A DNA stretch of 64,000 nucleotides from the NCBI RefSeq assembly GCF_006345805.1, contig NC_043007.1, positions 20,894,001 through 20,958,000 on the forward strand. Reading direction: 5' to 3'. The position numbers were made by a program, and so were the translations under genes. This DNA comes from Octopus sinensis. Lineage: Eukaryota. The notes beneath the pieces were generated by a model, which saw only the letters and a program-made list of their open reading frames with translations, was not told where the DNA came from and did no database searches. Positions 12,791 to 24,735 of this stretch are shown piece after piece (position 1 is the stretch's first letter; every line of letters begins with the position of its first letter).

Positions 12791-13603
12791 TAACTTGCAA
12801 GACAAGACCTCTACTCAGCTTTGTGAGGAGTTGTATCGAGGGAGGTGGTTTTATGCCAGGTGATGAGGGGTTAGGGTATGATAGAAGGGACAGGAACAGG
12901 TGTGTTGCCGTTGGGAGGTATACAGTTACTCTAGTTGGAAACGAAAGACGGTGATGGAGATGTATCAGGGTGCCCTTTCAGGTTACAGGAAAGTGAATAT
13001 AAGGGAAGTTGCATGGGTGGGTAAGTAAGTTCATAGGAGTGTGAAGGAGAGGGGCAGGTGGATAGAAGAGAAGTGCTGTGAGTGGTGAACACAGTGGAAA
13101 CATCAATTGGTTATTGATTGCTTTGTTGACTGCTTCAAAAATATGTTCATTCAAGATAGATAACTCTGTTCTGTAAACTAAAATATAATTATCTTTTAAA
13201 CTTGCATCTTCTGGTCTTAGCTTCTCAACCTATTTAAGAGAACCAGTAGCATGTCACTCATAGTTAGTGATCTATGTATTAACTTTGTTTTTACCAATTT
13301 TAATATTCTGTATATCCCACAACACTCGACATGTTATCCTCTTTTCGTTTTCTCAGTTGTTTTATTTGTTCATCATGATCATCATCGTTTAATATCCACT
13401 TTCTAAATAGCATGGGTTAGATGGAATTAATTGAGGCAGATTTCTTATGGCCAGATACCCATCCTGTCACCAACCCACGTTTACAACCATCACATGATGT
13501 CGAAATACAGGGTAGTTTTTTTGACATATTTTAAGATGAAAGCAGCTCATCTTATATGTTGGCAGATACAATAATTTCTGACAACTATTCCAATAGTGGA
13601 TAA

Positions 13604-13996
13604 TCTCTATACATATAAAGCTGAAGTTGTCTGTGTGTGTATGGCAGGTTTGGTAGCCTTCAACTAACACTATCTCCTCCGAGACCCTGCGGCGCAAGTT
13701 GACCAAAATTGAGAGTATGATAGAAGGCTTGCTCTTCCTTCCGTAGAAGAAAAAATTCAAATCGGACCGTGTTAACACCAAAAATTATTTACATCAACAT
13801 GGTGCTATTTTTCCTATGAAAATCCCGATTTTTTACGATTTTTTTACTGCTGTGTCGCCATTTTTCGGTGTATTTCAACCAGAAAAATGTTCACTTAAAG
13901 AGAATAACAAGCTACATAATGCAAATTTTTACTTTTCAAAAATTCCAATTCTAAAGGGTCAAAACAGCCCCAAGCAATGCTGAGCGATACTGCTAG
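13604..13996 (+). mobile_element. Full-length non-autonomous Helitron, 393 bp
   Basis: A|TC 5' end, subterminal hairpin, CTAG|T 3' end; no TSD. Confidence 0.85.
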
Positions 13997-14140
13997 TTTA
14001 GAAATAAAAATAAGTGTAATTATTTATGTATGATTGTCATAGTCACTGTCATTTATTTAAGAATTCTTTCCATGTTTAAAAAAAAACCCCAAAAATCCTT
14101 TATTCAAATTGTTTGATTAACATTTTCTTTTTTATTGCAG

Positions 14141-14223
14141 CTTCGAGAATTTTTGTCCTTTTGTCCTAACTTAGAGTTCCTAGATATTTCTCAAACAAAA
14201 ATCTCTGATAAAGCATTCAAAAG
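14141..14223 (+). CDS. FBXL5: FBXL5 LRR exon (LREFLSFCPNLEFLDISQTKISDKAFK)
   Basis: Acceptor tattgcAG, donor GTTAGT at 14224; phase 0 to 2; matches human [20 protein letters not shown]. Confidence 0.95.
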
Positions 14224-14624
14224 GTTAGTTCTGTTTTGTTCTTTAAAATTTCCATTTATAAACTGTTGAAACTGTCAGTGAAATTGTCTTGTTCCAATTT
14301 TCAATTTCTTTTATCAATAAGATCTTTAGATTTTAATTTAGATTTATGAAATGAATTTATAATTAATGCTACTTCTATCAGTATTATAATTATTTTAAGT
14401 TAATGCTAAATTTAACAGATGTAATAGCTATTACATTGTACCTTTAAACAAAACATATTCCCTTTATTTACATAAATTTTAGTGGGATTAAGTAATTTAT
14501 TTATAAATGATTAACTGTATTGGGGAAGAATGTAAAATCCTGATACATGTATCTGGCTTTGTTATAAATCCATCCAAGTTGTAAAGGAAGTGATATAAAA
14601 AATGCTTAATGGATCATCATTATC

Positions 14625-15270
14625 ATTTACTGGCACGTGAACAAAACATTCGAGCAATGTTGTTGCCAGTGCCACTGGACTGACTCCTGCACAGGTGGCA
14701 CATAAAAAACACCATTCGAGTGAGGTCGTTGCCAGTACCGCCAGACTGGCCCTCGTGCTGGTGGCACGTAAAAGCACCCACTGCTCTCTCGGAGTGGTTG
14801 GTGTTAGGAAGGGCATCCAGCTGTAGAAACTCTGCCAGATCAGATTGGAGCCTGGTGCAGCTATCTGGTTCGCCAGCCCTCAGTCAAATCATCCAACACA
14901 TGCTAGCATGGAAAGCGGATGTTAGACGATGATGATGATGAATCACTTAAAATCATCCACCTTGAATTTCTATGGATGACACTCATCATCATAATCATTT
15001 AACACCCATTTTCCATGCTGGCATAGATTCAATGGTTTAACAGGAGCTGGCATGGCTGGAGAGCTGCACCAGGCTCCAGTTGTCTGATTTGGCATAGTTA
15101 CTATAGCTGGATGCCACTCCTAAAGCCAACCTGTAGAAAGCTATAGAAACTCTGCCAGATCAGATTGGAGCCTGGTGCAGCCATCTGGTTTGCCAGTCCT
15201 CACTCAAATCGTCCAACCCATGCTAGCATGGAAAGCGGACGTTAAACAATGATGATGATGGTGATGATGA
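14625..15270 (+). mobile_element. Cluster of family C copies and fragments
   Basis: Two + tails (14760-14940, 15130-15270) and a minus-strand fragment between them. Confidence 0.75.
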
Positions 15271-15386
15271 TTGAAAAAGATCAAAGTAAATGGTGGGGGG
15301 GATCTATGTGTGTCTATATACTCCCACACACATACACAACGCACAGACATACACACACCTAATGTGATTTTGCTTTCTTCTTTCAG

Positions 15387-15920
15387 TCTTGGTGAAAATG
15401 GCTGTGGCTATAAACTACAACACCTAGATTTTACTGGTTGTATTAATATCACTGATAAGACTCTGAAAAAAATCTCACTGGTTGTAGGAAATCCAGTATT
15501 TAACTCTAAATCGTTCCCCATTTTGAAGCTGAAAACGTCTTCAGAAATCGAATCTTGTCCATTCGTGTCATCGCAGTGTGGCATGCAAAATAAAAACTGC
15601 TCAGAACTACGGCCATTTAACATCGGTGATGACCTGTTGCCGGATTGCTGCATCGGCTGCAACATCCCGACGGTTTCTTGTCCCTTGAATGCAAATAAAT
15701 ATGAAAACGTTGTCATGAACAACAGAGACAATTTACGACAGACTTTAAGGACTTCAAATTCGCTGAAGAAACTTCATAATGAATTTATGTCGTTTAGTGA
15801 CTTTTTGACTTGTGATCGGACACTGACTAAAATCAAACCACAATCTTGTCAGGAGCAAAGCAGAGGACTTACGTATCTAAATCTATCTGGTTGTTTCCAT
15901 ATCACCAATGAAGGTCTCAG
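15387..15920 (+). CDS. FBXL5: FBXL5 large LRR exon with Cys-rich insert (LQHLDFTGCINITD...LTYLNLSGCFHITNEGLR)
   Basis: Acceptor tctttcAG, donor GTAAGT at 15921; 534 nt, phase 2 to 2; LRR motifs at both ends. Confidence 0.95.
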
Positions 15921-16771
15921 GTAAGTTTACCTGCAGTTTTTGTCTATAATAATAATATCTATAGTTGCTGGTCAGTTTTTAGTGCACCTCTCTTGTTTTC
16001 TAACAATTAATATTGTTGGAAAAGGAAACATTGCCAGTGCTACTGAGAAAATTGTTACAACATGGCAAATTGTTTTTTTTTTATTGTTTTACATTCATTT
16101 TCCTGTCCGTATTTTTTTCTTGATTTTTTTGTGCAGTTCTTTGTTACGTCCCTTTTTGCATTACATTTTTTTCTTGCTCGTTTTACCCCTCTACGAGGTT
16201 ATTTTATTTTAATTCTCTCGTAGGAAGGCCTAGCATGGCCAGACGTGTCCTGTCTTGCCTTCAAAACACGCTATGTCTGCTAGCGACAGCTGATGAAGGG
16301 GATTTTTCCTTGTGCAGCATGTCCTGTACTTCGTTTTTCTGCTGTACATAATTGTTTTTCCCATTTTCGTTTTCATCTTGTACTACGTCTCTGTCCTTGT
16401 TGTAACAAAATGGCTTTTCCGTTTTCGTTTCTGTTGATTTTTACGTCTTCTTGTGGTGTCCTGTACGTATATATATTTATATATGCATGTATATATACAT
16501 GTAGATGTCAGTACGTACATATATGTTTGTATGTATGCATATATTTTATTTATTACATATATATATATATATAAGTAAATAAATGAATGGAGTTGAACGA
16601 AGATGTTAACAAAATTCCTTTACTCTCGACATATGTTTCGAAGACAACATGGTTTCATTCCAAAGGAATAAACGGTCGCTTCAACCGTGTTTCTGACGTG
16701 AATTTGCTACCCTGGTATCAGTTCAGCGAATTTTCCATGTTGACAGCAAACAGGATAATTCATTCACCTAT

Positions 16772-16819
<48 letters not shown>

Positions 16820-16822
<3 letters not shown>

Positions 16823-17245
16823 CTCTTTTACTTGTTTCAGTCATTTGACTGCAGTCATACTGGAGCACCGCCTTTAGTCGCGCAAATCGACCCCAGGACT
16901 TATTCTTTGTATATGCCCAGTACTTATTCTATTGGTCTCTTTTGCCTAACCGGTAAGTTACAGGGACATAAACACACCAGCATCGGTTGTGAAGCGATGC
17001 TGGGGGGACAAACACAGACACACACATACATATACACACACACACACACACACATATTTATATATACACACATATATACGACGGGCTTCTTTCAGTTTCC
17101 GTCTACCAAATCCACTCACAAGGCTTTGGTCGGTCCAAGGCTATAGTAGAAGACACTTGCCCAAAGTGCCAAGCAGTGGGACTGAACCCAGAACCGTGTG
17201 GTTGGTAAGCAAGCTGCTTACCACACAGCCACTCCTGTGCCTATT
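16820..17245 (-). mobile_element. Family B SINE
   Basis: Full-length reverse-complement copy. Confidence 0.88.
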
Positions 17246-17510
17246 GTGTATGTGTATGTGTGTGTAGAACAATGAAGAAATAAGTGATGTAGATATCCAC
17301 TTTATACAGCTCAACCAAGTAGCGCTCTGATAGAGCTTCAGGAATATGAAATTAGAGAGAGGAGAAAACAAATTCAAAGGCCGATGTATATATATATTCA
17401 TTCAATCCATAGTAACGAAACTCTCCATATACCTTGTATACTATGGTGAATTTCGTTAATATAGATTGAATGAATGTATACATCGGCTTTTGAATTTGTT
17501 TTCTCCTCTC

Positions 17511-17539
<29 letters not shown>

Positions 17540-17547
<8 letters not shown>

Positions 17548-17975
17548 TAAGGGTAAAAATTGATATTAGTCAATTAAAACCAGTGGTCTAGCACATTAAA
17601 AAGAATCCGAAGATTAAAATATTTATATATACTGCCAAAAGTAGAGGCATTTGAAAAATACTTCCGAACTTAATAGGTTGTACTTTTTGCATGCGGGACT
17701 CCGGTACCGTTTTTCATCTAGTACAGCATATTATGCTCATAGCAAACTGCGCTGACGAAGCTACAGATATCCTTGTGATATTAATAGCTGAAACCGTTCG
17801 GTACGCAGGTGATTATTCCATTTCGTATATTTCTTTTGTCTTATCTATTGCTTTAGGTCGTGCTGAATTTTATTTTATTTGAGAACAAAATCTTTGTGGA
17901 GAATGGCGATTTGACGTCTATATCTAGCATGTTGACTGTCCACTTTTTCGTGTTCAGTCCTTAATTGGTATATAT
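17540..17975 (+). mobile_element. Probable Penelope-like element terminal-repeat fragment between (TA)n tracts, hosting the hammerhead
   Basis: Unique segment bounded by TA microsatellites and containing a type I hammerhead. The Penelope assignment is inferred from the known PLE-hammerhead association. Confidence 0.45.
17747..17808 (+). ncRNA. Type I hammerhead ribozyme, Penelope-type
   Basis: Stem I CUGCG/CGCAG; core CUGACGA; stem II AGCUA/UAGCU extended by GAUAUC/GAUAUU; GAAA; stem III ACC(GUUC)GGU; cleavage triplet GUA (cut after 17803). Confidence 0.82.
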
Positions 17976-17989
17976 ATATATATATATAT

Positions 17990-18375
17990 ACTCTTTACTC
18001 TTTTACTTGTTTCAGTCATTTGACTGCAGCCATGCTGGAGCACCGCCTTTAATCGAGCAACTCGACCCCGAGACTTATTCTTTTGTAAGCCCAGTACTTA
18101 TTCTATCGGTCTCTTTTTGCCGAACCGCTAAGTAACGGGGACATAAACACACCAGCATCGGTTGTCAAGCAATGCTAGGGAGATAAACACATACACGCAT
18201 ATATGTATATATACATATATATGACGGGCTTCTTTCAGTCTCCGTCTACCAAATCCACTCACAAGGCTTTGGTCGGCCCGAGGCTATAGTAGAAGACACT
18301 TGCCCAAGGTGCCACGCAATGGGACTGAACCCGGAACCATGTGGTTGGTAAACAAGCTACTTACCACACAGCCAC
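17990..18375 (-). mobile_element. Family B SINE
   Basis: Full-length reverse-complement copy. Confidence 0.88.
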
Positions 18376-18604
18376 ATATATATATATATCTTATATAAAA
18401 TCCGTTCTGCCTGTCTGTGTGTGTGTGTGTGTGTCTTCTAGGATCTCGGGTATCCTCCATCCGATTGCACTCAAATTTGATATGTAGAAGGTATCAGGGC
18501 GTGTATAATCCAGCTGAAGAAATCCTCTCCAGCATGAAGAAGTTGGTATTAAAATGCTGCTGCTGCTGGTGATGATGATGATGATGATTATCAACAACCT
18601 TTAA

Positions 18605-19018
18605 AATATACCTATTTCATTACTACCCACAAAGGGCTAAACATAGAAGGGACAAACAAGGACAAACAGATTAAGTTGATTACATCGACCCCAGTGCAAA
18701 ACTGGTACTTATTTAATCGACCCCGAAAGGATGAAAGGCAAAGTCAACCTCGGTGGAATTTGAACTCAGAACGTAGCGGTAGACGAAATACCTATTTTTT
18801 TACTACCCACAAGGGGCTAAACACAAAGAGGACAGACAAAAGGATTAAGTCGATTATATCGACCCCAGTGCGTAACTGGTACTTATTTAATCGACCCCGT
18901 AAGGATGAAAGGCAAAGTCGACCTCGGCGGAATTTGAACTCAGAACGTAGCGGCAGACGAAATACCGCTAAGCATTTCGCCCGGCGTGCTAACGTGTCTG
19001 CCAGCTCACCGCCTTCCT
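18605..19018 (-). mobile_element. Family A SINE dimer
   Basis: Two head-to-tail units. Confidence 0.88.
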
Positions 19019-22000
19019 TTAAAATATACCAATGTGTTGAGATGAAACCTGAAACAAAAATCAATACAACGGATGCTCGGATGGTGGCTGCTGATTATTA
19101 ATCAGTATCTTGTTTCATTTAGGTTAGACGTAAAGCGATATCAAAGCAAGATGTATAGTTTTGATGATGTTTAATTAGCACAGCGAAACTTGCACTTGTG
19201 ACATGCAATTGATTGACACAAGTACATCTGCATCAGTTTCACTTTTGTTTAGAACATTTTTCTCTCTTCTTTTTTCCAGTTTTTTGCAATTTTCTTTGGA
19301 GACCATAGTTATGGCTTATGTCCGTATCAGACTTATAATCACTTGCCCAGGGGCTGCATAGCAACATCGAACTCAAAACCATGTGATTGGGAAGCAAGCT
19401 TCTTTTATACTTGACCAGGCCTGCACCAATGTATCATAATATTTTGTTTTGAGGCTTTGTATGGGCCCTGTGCTAGTGGCACATAAAAAGCACCCATTAC
19501 ACTCTTGGAGTTGTTGGCGTTAGGAAGGGCATCCTACCATAGAAACCTTTCCAAATCAGATTGGGACCTGGTACAGCTCCCTAGCTTATCAGTTTTTTGT
19601 CAGACCATCTAATCCATGCCGGCATGGAAAGCAGATGTTAAATAATGATGATAATCTTTTATTCAATGAATGAATGTGGGTTTCAAATTTTGGCACAAGG
19701 CCAGCAAATTCAGGAGAAAGGAGTACGTCAATATCGCATCGACCTCAGCACTCAACTGGTATTTTATTTCTTTATTGCCCACAGGGGGCTTGCGAGCTGG
19801 CAGAAACATTAGCACGCCAGGCGAAATGCTTACTCGTATTTCGTCTGCCGTTATGTTCTGAGTTCAAATTCTGCCGAGGTCGACTTTGCCTTTCATCTTT
19901 TCGGGGTCGATAAATTAAGTACCAGTTACGCACTGGGGTCGATGTAATCGACTAAATACCTATGCCTGTCCTTGTTTGTCCCCTCTGTGTTTAGCCCCTT
20001 GTGGGTAGTAAAGAAATAGGTATTTACTTTATTGACACCGAAAGGATGAAAGGCAAGGGTTGACCTCGATGGGATTTGAACTCAGAACATAAAGACTGAC
20101 AAAATACTGCTAAGCATATTGCCCAGCATGCTAACCAGGTTCTGTCTGCTCGCCACCTTTAAAATGAAAAGCTAAGTTGACCCTTGTGGCATTTGAACAT
20201 AAAGAAATGCTGCTAAACATTTTTGACTGAAGCACTAACGATTCTACCTCCTCACCATTAACGAAATATTGATTGATTATTTATTAGTAAATGAAATCTT
20301 GTGGAAGCCATTGGCCTAATCTTTTGCATTATGCTCGCAAGTCAGAGACATTGCTCGTCTCGCTTCACTGGCCGATAATAGATTCCGCTTCTACTTCACG
20401 CTTGAGTGTTGAGTGTTAATATTGTGGCATCCAACCGTAAGACAATTATTTTTGTGGCAAGCAAATGTCTATGTTCGTTTCTAAAATAAATGATGTGCAT
20501 AAACAGAATGAGTTTATGAATACGTGTTTCCTTTGAAGTAGCTCAGACATTGGTGTGCGGATTAGTTGGTAGGGTCCAAGGAAACCAGTCGGAGATTTGT
20601 GGTTTGCATCCTTCCACTGGCTGGCACTGCTGCTTCATCATCATCATTTAATGTCCACTGGTACTTAATTTATCGATCCCGAAAGGATGAGAGGTCGACT
20701 TTGCCTTTCATCCTTTCGGGGTCAATAAATTAAGTACCAGTTATGCACTGGGGTCGATGTAATCGACTTGATCCGTTTGTCTGTCCTTGTTTCTCCCCTC
20801 TGTGTTTAGCCCCTTGTGGGTAGTAAAGAAATACATTTAATGTCCACTGATCGATGCTTGCATAAACCAGACAGAATTTACTGGGGGCAAATTTTTTTTT
20901 GCGATTGGTTGCATATCCTATTGCCAACCCTCACCTGTTTTCAATCAGGGTAACATTTCTCATGGCTAGATATATTCAAGACAATAGTTCACACACACTC
21001 ATTCTCTCTCTTATTCACTCACACACTAGGTTTCTTTCAATTTCTGTCTACCAATCCACTCTCATAGCTTTGGTCAATCCAGGCTTATAGTCACTTTCCC
21101 GGGGGCTGCATAGCAACATCGAACTCAACACCATGTGATTGGGAAGCAAATTTCTTAAACACTCGACCAGGCCTGCACCAATGAATCATAATATTTTGCT
21201 TTGAAGTTTTGTATGTTTAGTAGACATATTGAATGCTAGGTTTTATTTATTTATTTTTTTCTACAAAACACAGAATTTTGTCAGTGAACAGGTCGCTGTC
21301 TCAAAGCGATTAAAATATTTTGACAAATTAAATTTATATGTTGAAGTGAATCTAACGGCTTTTGTGTGTTTCGTAAATGGCTTATAGACACCTTCCATGC
21401 TGCAATTGTTTTCGTGCCAGCACACGATCTCAGATCGGGTCACTTGCTATGCAAGTACATCTCTGTAATTTCTACAAAGTATTTTATGGAAAAGGGTGAC
21501 TCACATGCAAGTACAAAATAGTAGTTTGCAGGGTTGAACAGAAGTCGTCAAGCTGGTTTACCCTAGGTACATTAATTACAATGGTGTTCTTGTTGAATTA
21601 CATAAGTCATCGAGTGGTGAACTGAAAGAAATATAGTTCCATTTTAAATGCCATACAGTATTTAGTTTCCTATTGCTGCATTCTGAGTTCAAACCACACT
21701 GATTCCAGTTTTGCCGTTTCTTCTTTTCAGAGCAATAAAAACAAATATCAGTAATTTACTAGGATCGGTTTAAATGCTAATAAACACTCGAAAAATTGTC
21801 CTTGGGCTTAAGAAATCAAAAATTTGCTAGCACCTTGGACGAAATGCTTAGCAGCATTTTATCTGCCTCTTTACGTTCAGAGTTCAAATACCATTGAGGC
21901 CATCTTTGCCTGTCATCTCTTTCAGGGTCGATAAAATACAGTACAGCCAAGTACTGGGGTTGATGCAATCGACTTGCCTTCTCCCCTTAAAATTGCTGGC

Positions 22001-22329
22001 CCTGTGCCAAAATTAGAAAAATCTTATACATTATTGCTGCAAACGAAATCACAGTCGCGGCAGATACTGGAGTCACGCAAATTGGCACCCGTGCCGGTGG
22101 CACGTAAACGCACCTATTACACTCTCAGAGTGGTTGGCATTAGAAAACCCATGCCAAATCAGACTGGAGTCTGGTACAGCCTTCCAGCGTACCAGCCCAA
22201 TCAAACCGTCCAACCCATGCTAGCATGGACAACGGACGTTAAATAATGATGACGACGATGTTATAACAACACTAATGTTATGTTGCTTGTTGTGTAATTA
22301 CATATACGCCATACAAAAAAAGGCGTAAC

Positions 22330-22912
22330 TTCGGTATAGGTACCGGAAGTACCGGATACATTTCAAGAAAGTGTTTTTTTTTTATATATATATGGGGGGT
22401 TAGAGTTAGGAGTGGGAGAAAAGGGTTTCTGTTATACTCTTTTACTTGTTTCAGTCATTTGACTGCGGCCATGCTGGAGCACCGCCTTTAGTCGAGCAAA
22501 TCGACCCCGGGACTTATTCTTTGTAAGCCCAGTACTTATTCTATCGGTCTCCTTTGCCGAACCGCTAAGTGACGGGGATGTAAACACACCAGCATCGGTT
22601 GTCAAGCAATGCTAGGGGGACAAACACATACATATACACACACACTTATATATATATATATATATACATATATACGACAGGCTTCTTTCAGTTTCCGTCT
22701 ACCGAATCCACTCACAAGGCATTGGTCAGCCCGGGGCTATAGCAGAAGACACTTGCCCAAGATGCCACGCGGTGGGACTGAACCTGGAACCATGTGGTTG
22801 GTTAGCAAGCTACTTACCACACAGCCACTCCTGCGCCTATAAACAGCCACTCCTGCTTTATCTTCAGAAATGTAAACAAAGCCACTTCGGTACTTACGGT
22901 ACCTATACCGAA
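22330..22912. mobile_element. Unclassified inverted-repeat element (MITE-like)
   Basis: 27-bp inverted repeats, 25/27 identical, at 22330-22356 and 22886-22912; no clear TSD. Confidence 0.6.
22435..22840 (-). mobile_element. Family B SINE nested in an inverted-repeat element
   Basis: Full-length reverse-complement copy between the 22330 and 22912 inverted repeats. Confidence 0.88.
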
Positions 22913-23613
22913 GGATCGCCCCCCCCCCCCCCAATGTTCTATTTTCCAGTTCATAAATGCATATAACTTTTGCTAATATTCTCTTAACATTTTCCCTCTA
23001 AATTAGGAAAATGAAACTGAATTCATAATGGGCCTTTTACTTTTCCAATAAGCTTTGATAGTATAATATAATATGTACGCTAGTGTTGCTATCCATATCT
23101 ATCCAATACACATGATCTGGATCTTCCGTGCTACTTGCTTTAACAATCAGTATAAGCGGTTAATTTGTGACGGACAGACATCATTGTGTTTGTGTCTGCG
23201 TGTGGTGAGAGAAGAAAGCGTGTTGATTTCCTCCGGGAGAACAACGATAAGAGTGCTCTCCCTTGACAAATTAATTGCATTGCTGGTGGGTTTTTTCAAT
23301 ATCGAATTAAAGATAATTAACTTATATTAATTAATTAAAAAAAAAATCTTAACACTTCAAAGTATTTCTCCTTATTAGTAATTTTTGTTTACTTAGTAAA
23401 TGATTTTATCTTTTTACTGATTTATTATTATTATTATTATTATTATCGTCGTCGGCATCTTTACGTTCAGAGTTCGAATTCTACCAACGTTGATTTTGCT
23501 TATCTTGGGGGTGGGGTGGGGGACAAATTAAGTACCAGTGAAACATTGGGGTTGATGTAATCGATTTGTCCCCGTCCCCTCAAATTTCAGGCCTTGCGCC
23601 TATAGTAGAAAGG

Positions 23614-23647
<34 letters not shown>

Positions 23648-23669
23648 TATTATTATTATTATTTATTAA

Positions 23670-24090
23670 GACGGCGAGCTGGCAGAAACGTTAGCACGCC
23701 GAGCGAAATGCTTAGCGGTATTTCGTCTGCCGTTACGTTGTGAGTTCAAATTCCGCCGAGGTCGACTTTGCTTTTCATCCTTTCGGGGTCGATAAATAAA
23801 GTACCAGTTACACACTGGGGTCGATGTAATCGACTTAATTCGTTTGTCTGTCCTTGTTTGTCCTCTCTGTGTTTAGCCCATTGTGGGTAGTAAAGAAATA
23901 GGTATTTCGTCTGTCGTTACGTTCTGAGTTCAAATTCCGCCGAGGTCGACTTTGCTTTTCATCCTTTCGGGGTCGATAAATAAAGTACCAGTTACGCACT
24001 GGGGTCGACGTAATCGACTTAATCCCTTTGTCTGTCCTTGTTTGTCCCCTCTATGTTTAGCCCCTTGTGGGTAGTAAAGAAATAGGTATC
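23670..24090 (+). mobile_element. Family A SINE dimer
   Basis: Second unit restarts at GGTATTTCGTCTG (~23901). Confidence 0.9.
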
Positions 24091-24347
24091 AGTTTCATAA
24101 TCTTCCTCATCCTCAATTCCTAAGTTGCTAACTTCTAATCTATCTCCACTATCTTAATTCTTGGTTAGAACAAACTCAATTTGACTCATTTAGCAGACAT
24201 TAAAGGTGTAAATTGCTTAGATTTTTTTTCTTTTTTCTTTTATAAAGTTTGTTACAAATGGTAACATCATTTGTGCCACAGTTCCCATTTCATTTCTTTT
24301 TCGTACCATAAACACTGCTTTTAATGAAGTAACACTCTATTCATTCA

Positions 24348-24735
24348 TACTCTTTTACTTGTTTCAGTCATTTGACTGCGGCCATGCTGGAGCACCGCCT
24401 TTAATCGAGCAACTCGACCCTGGGACTTATTCTTTGTAAGCCCTGTACTTATTCTATCGGTCTCTTTTGCCGAACCGCTAAGTGATGGGGACGTAAACAC
24501 AACAGCATCGGTTGTCAAACAATGCTAGGGGGACAAGCACAAACACACATGCACATATATATGTACATATATACGACGGGCTTCTTTCAGTTTCCGTCTA
24601 CCAAATCCACTCACAAGGCTTTGGTCGGCCCGAGGCTAGAGTAGAAGACACTTGCACAAGGTGCCACGCAGCAGGACTGAACCCGGAACCATGTGGTTTG
24701 TAAGCAAGCTACTTACCACACAGCCACTCCTGCGT
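24348..24735 (-). mobile_element. Family B SINE
   Basis: Full-length reverse-complement copy. Confidence 0.88.

Noticed and set aside
23507-23522. G-quadruplex
   Set aside because: Only three G-tracts.
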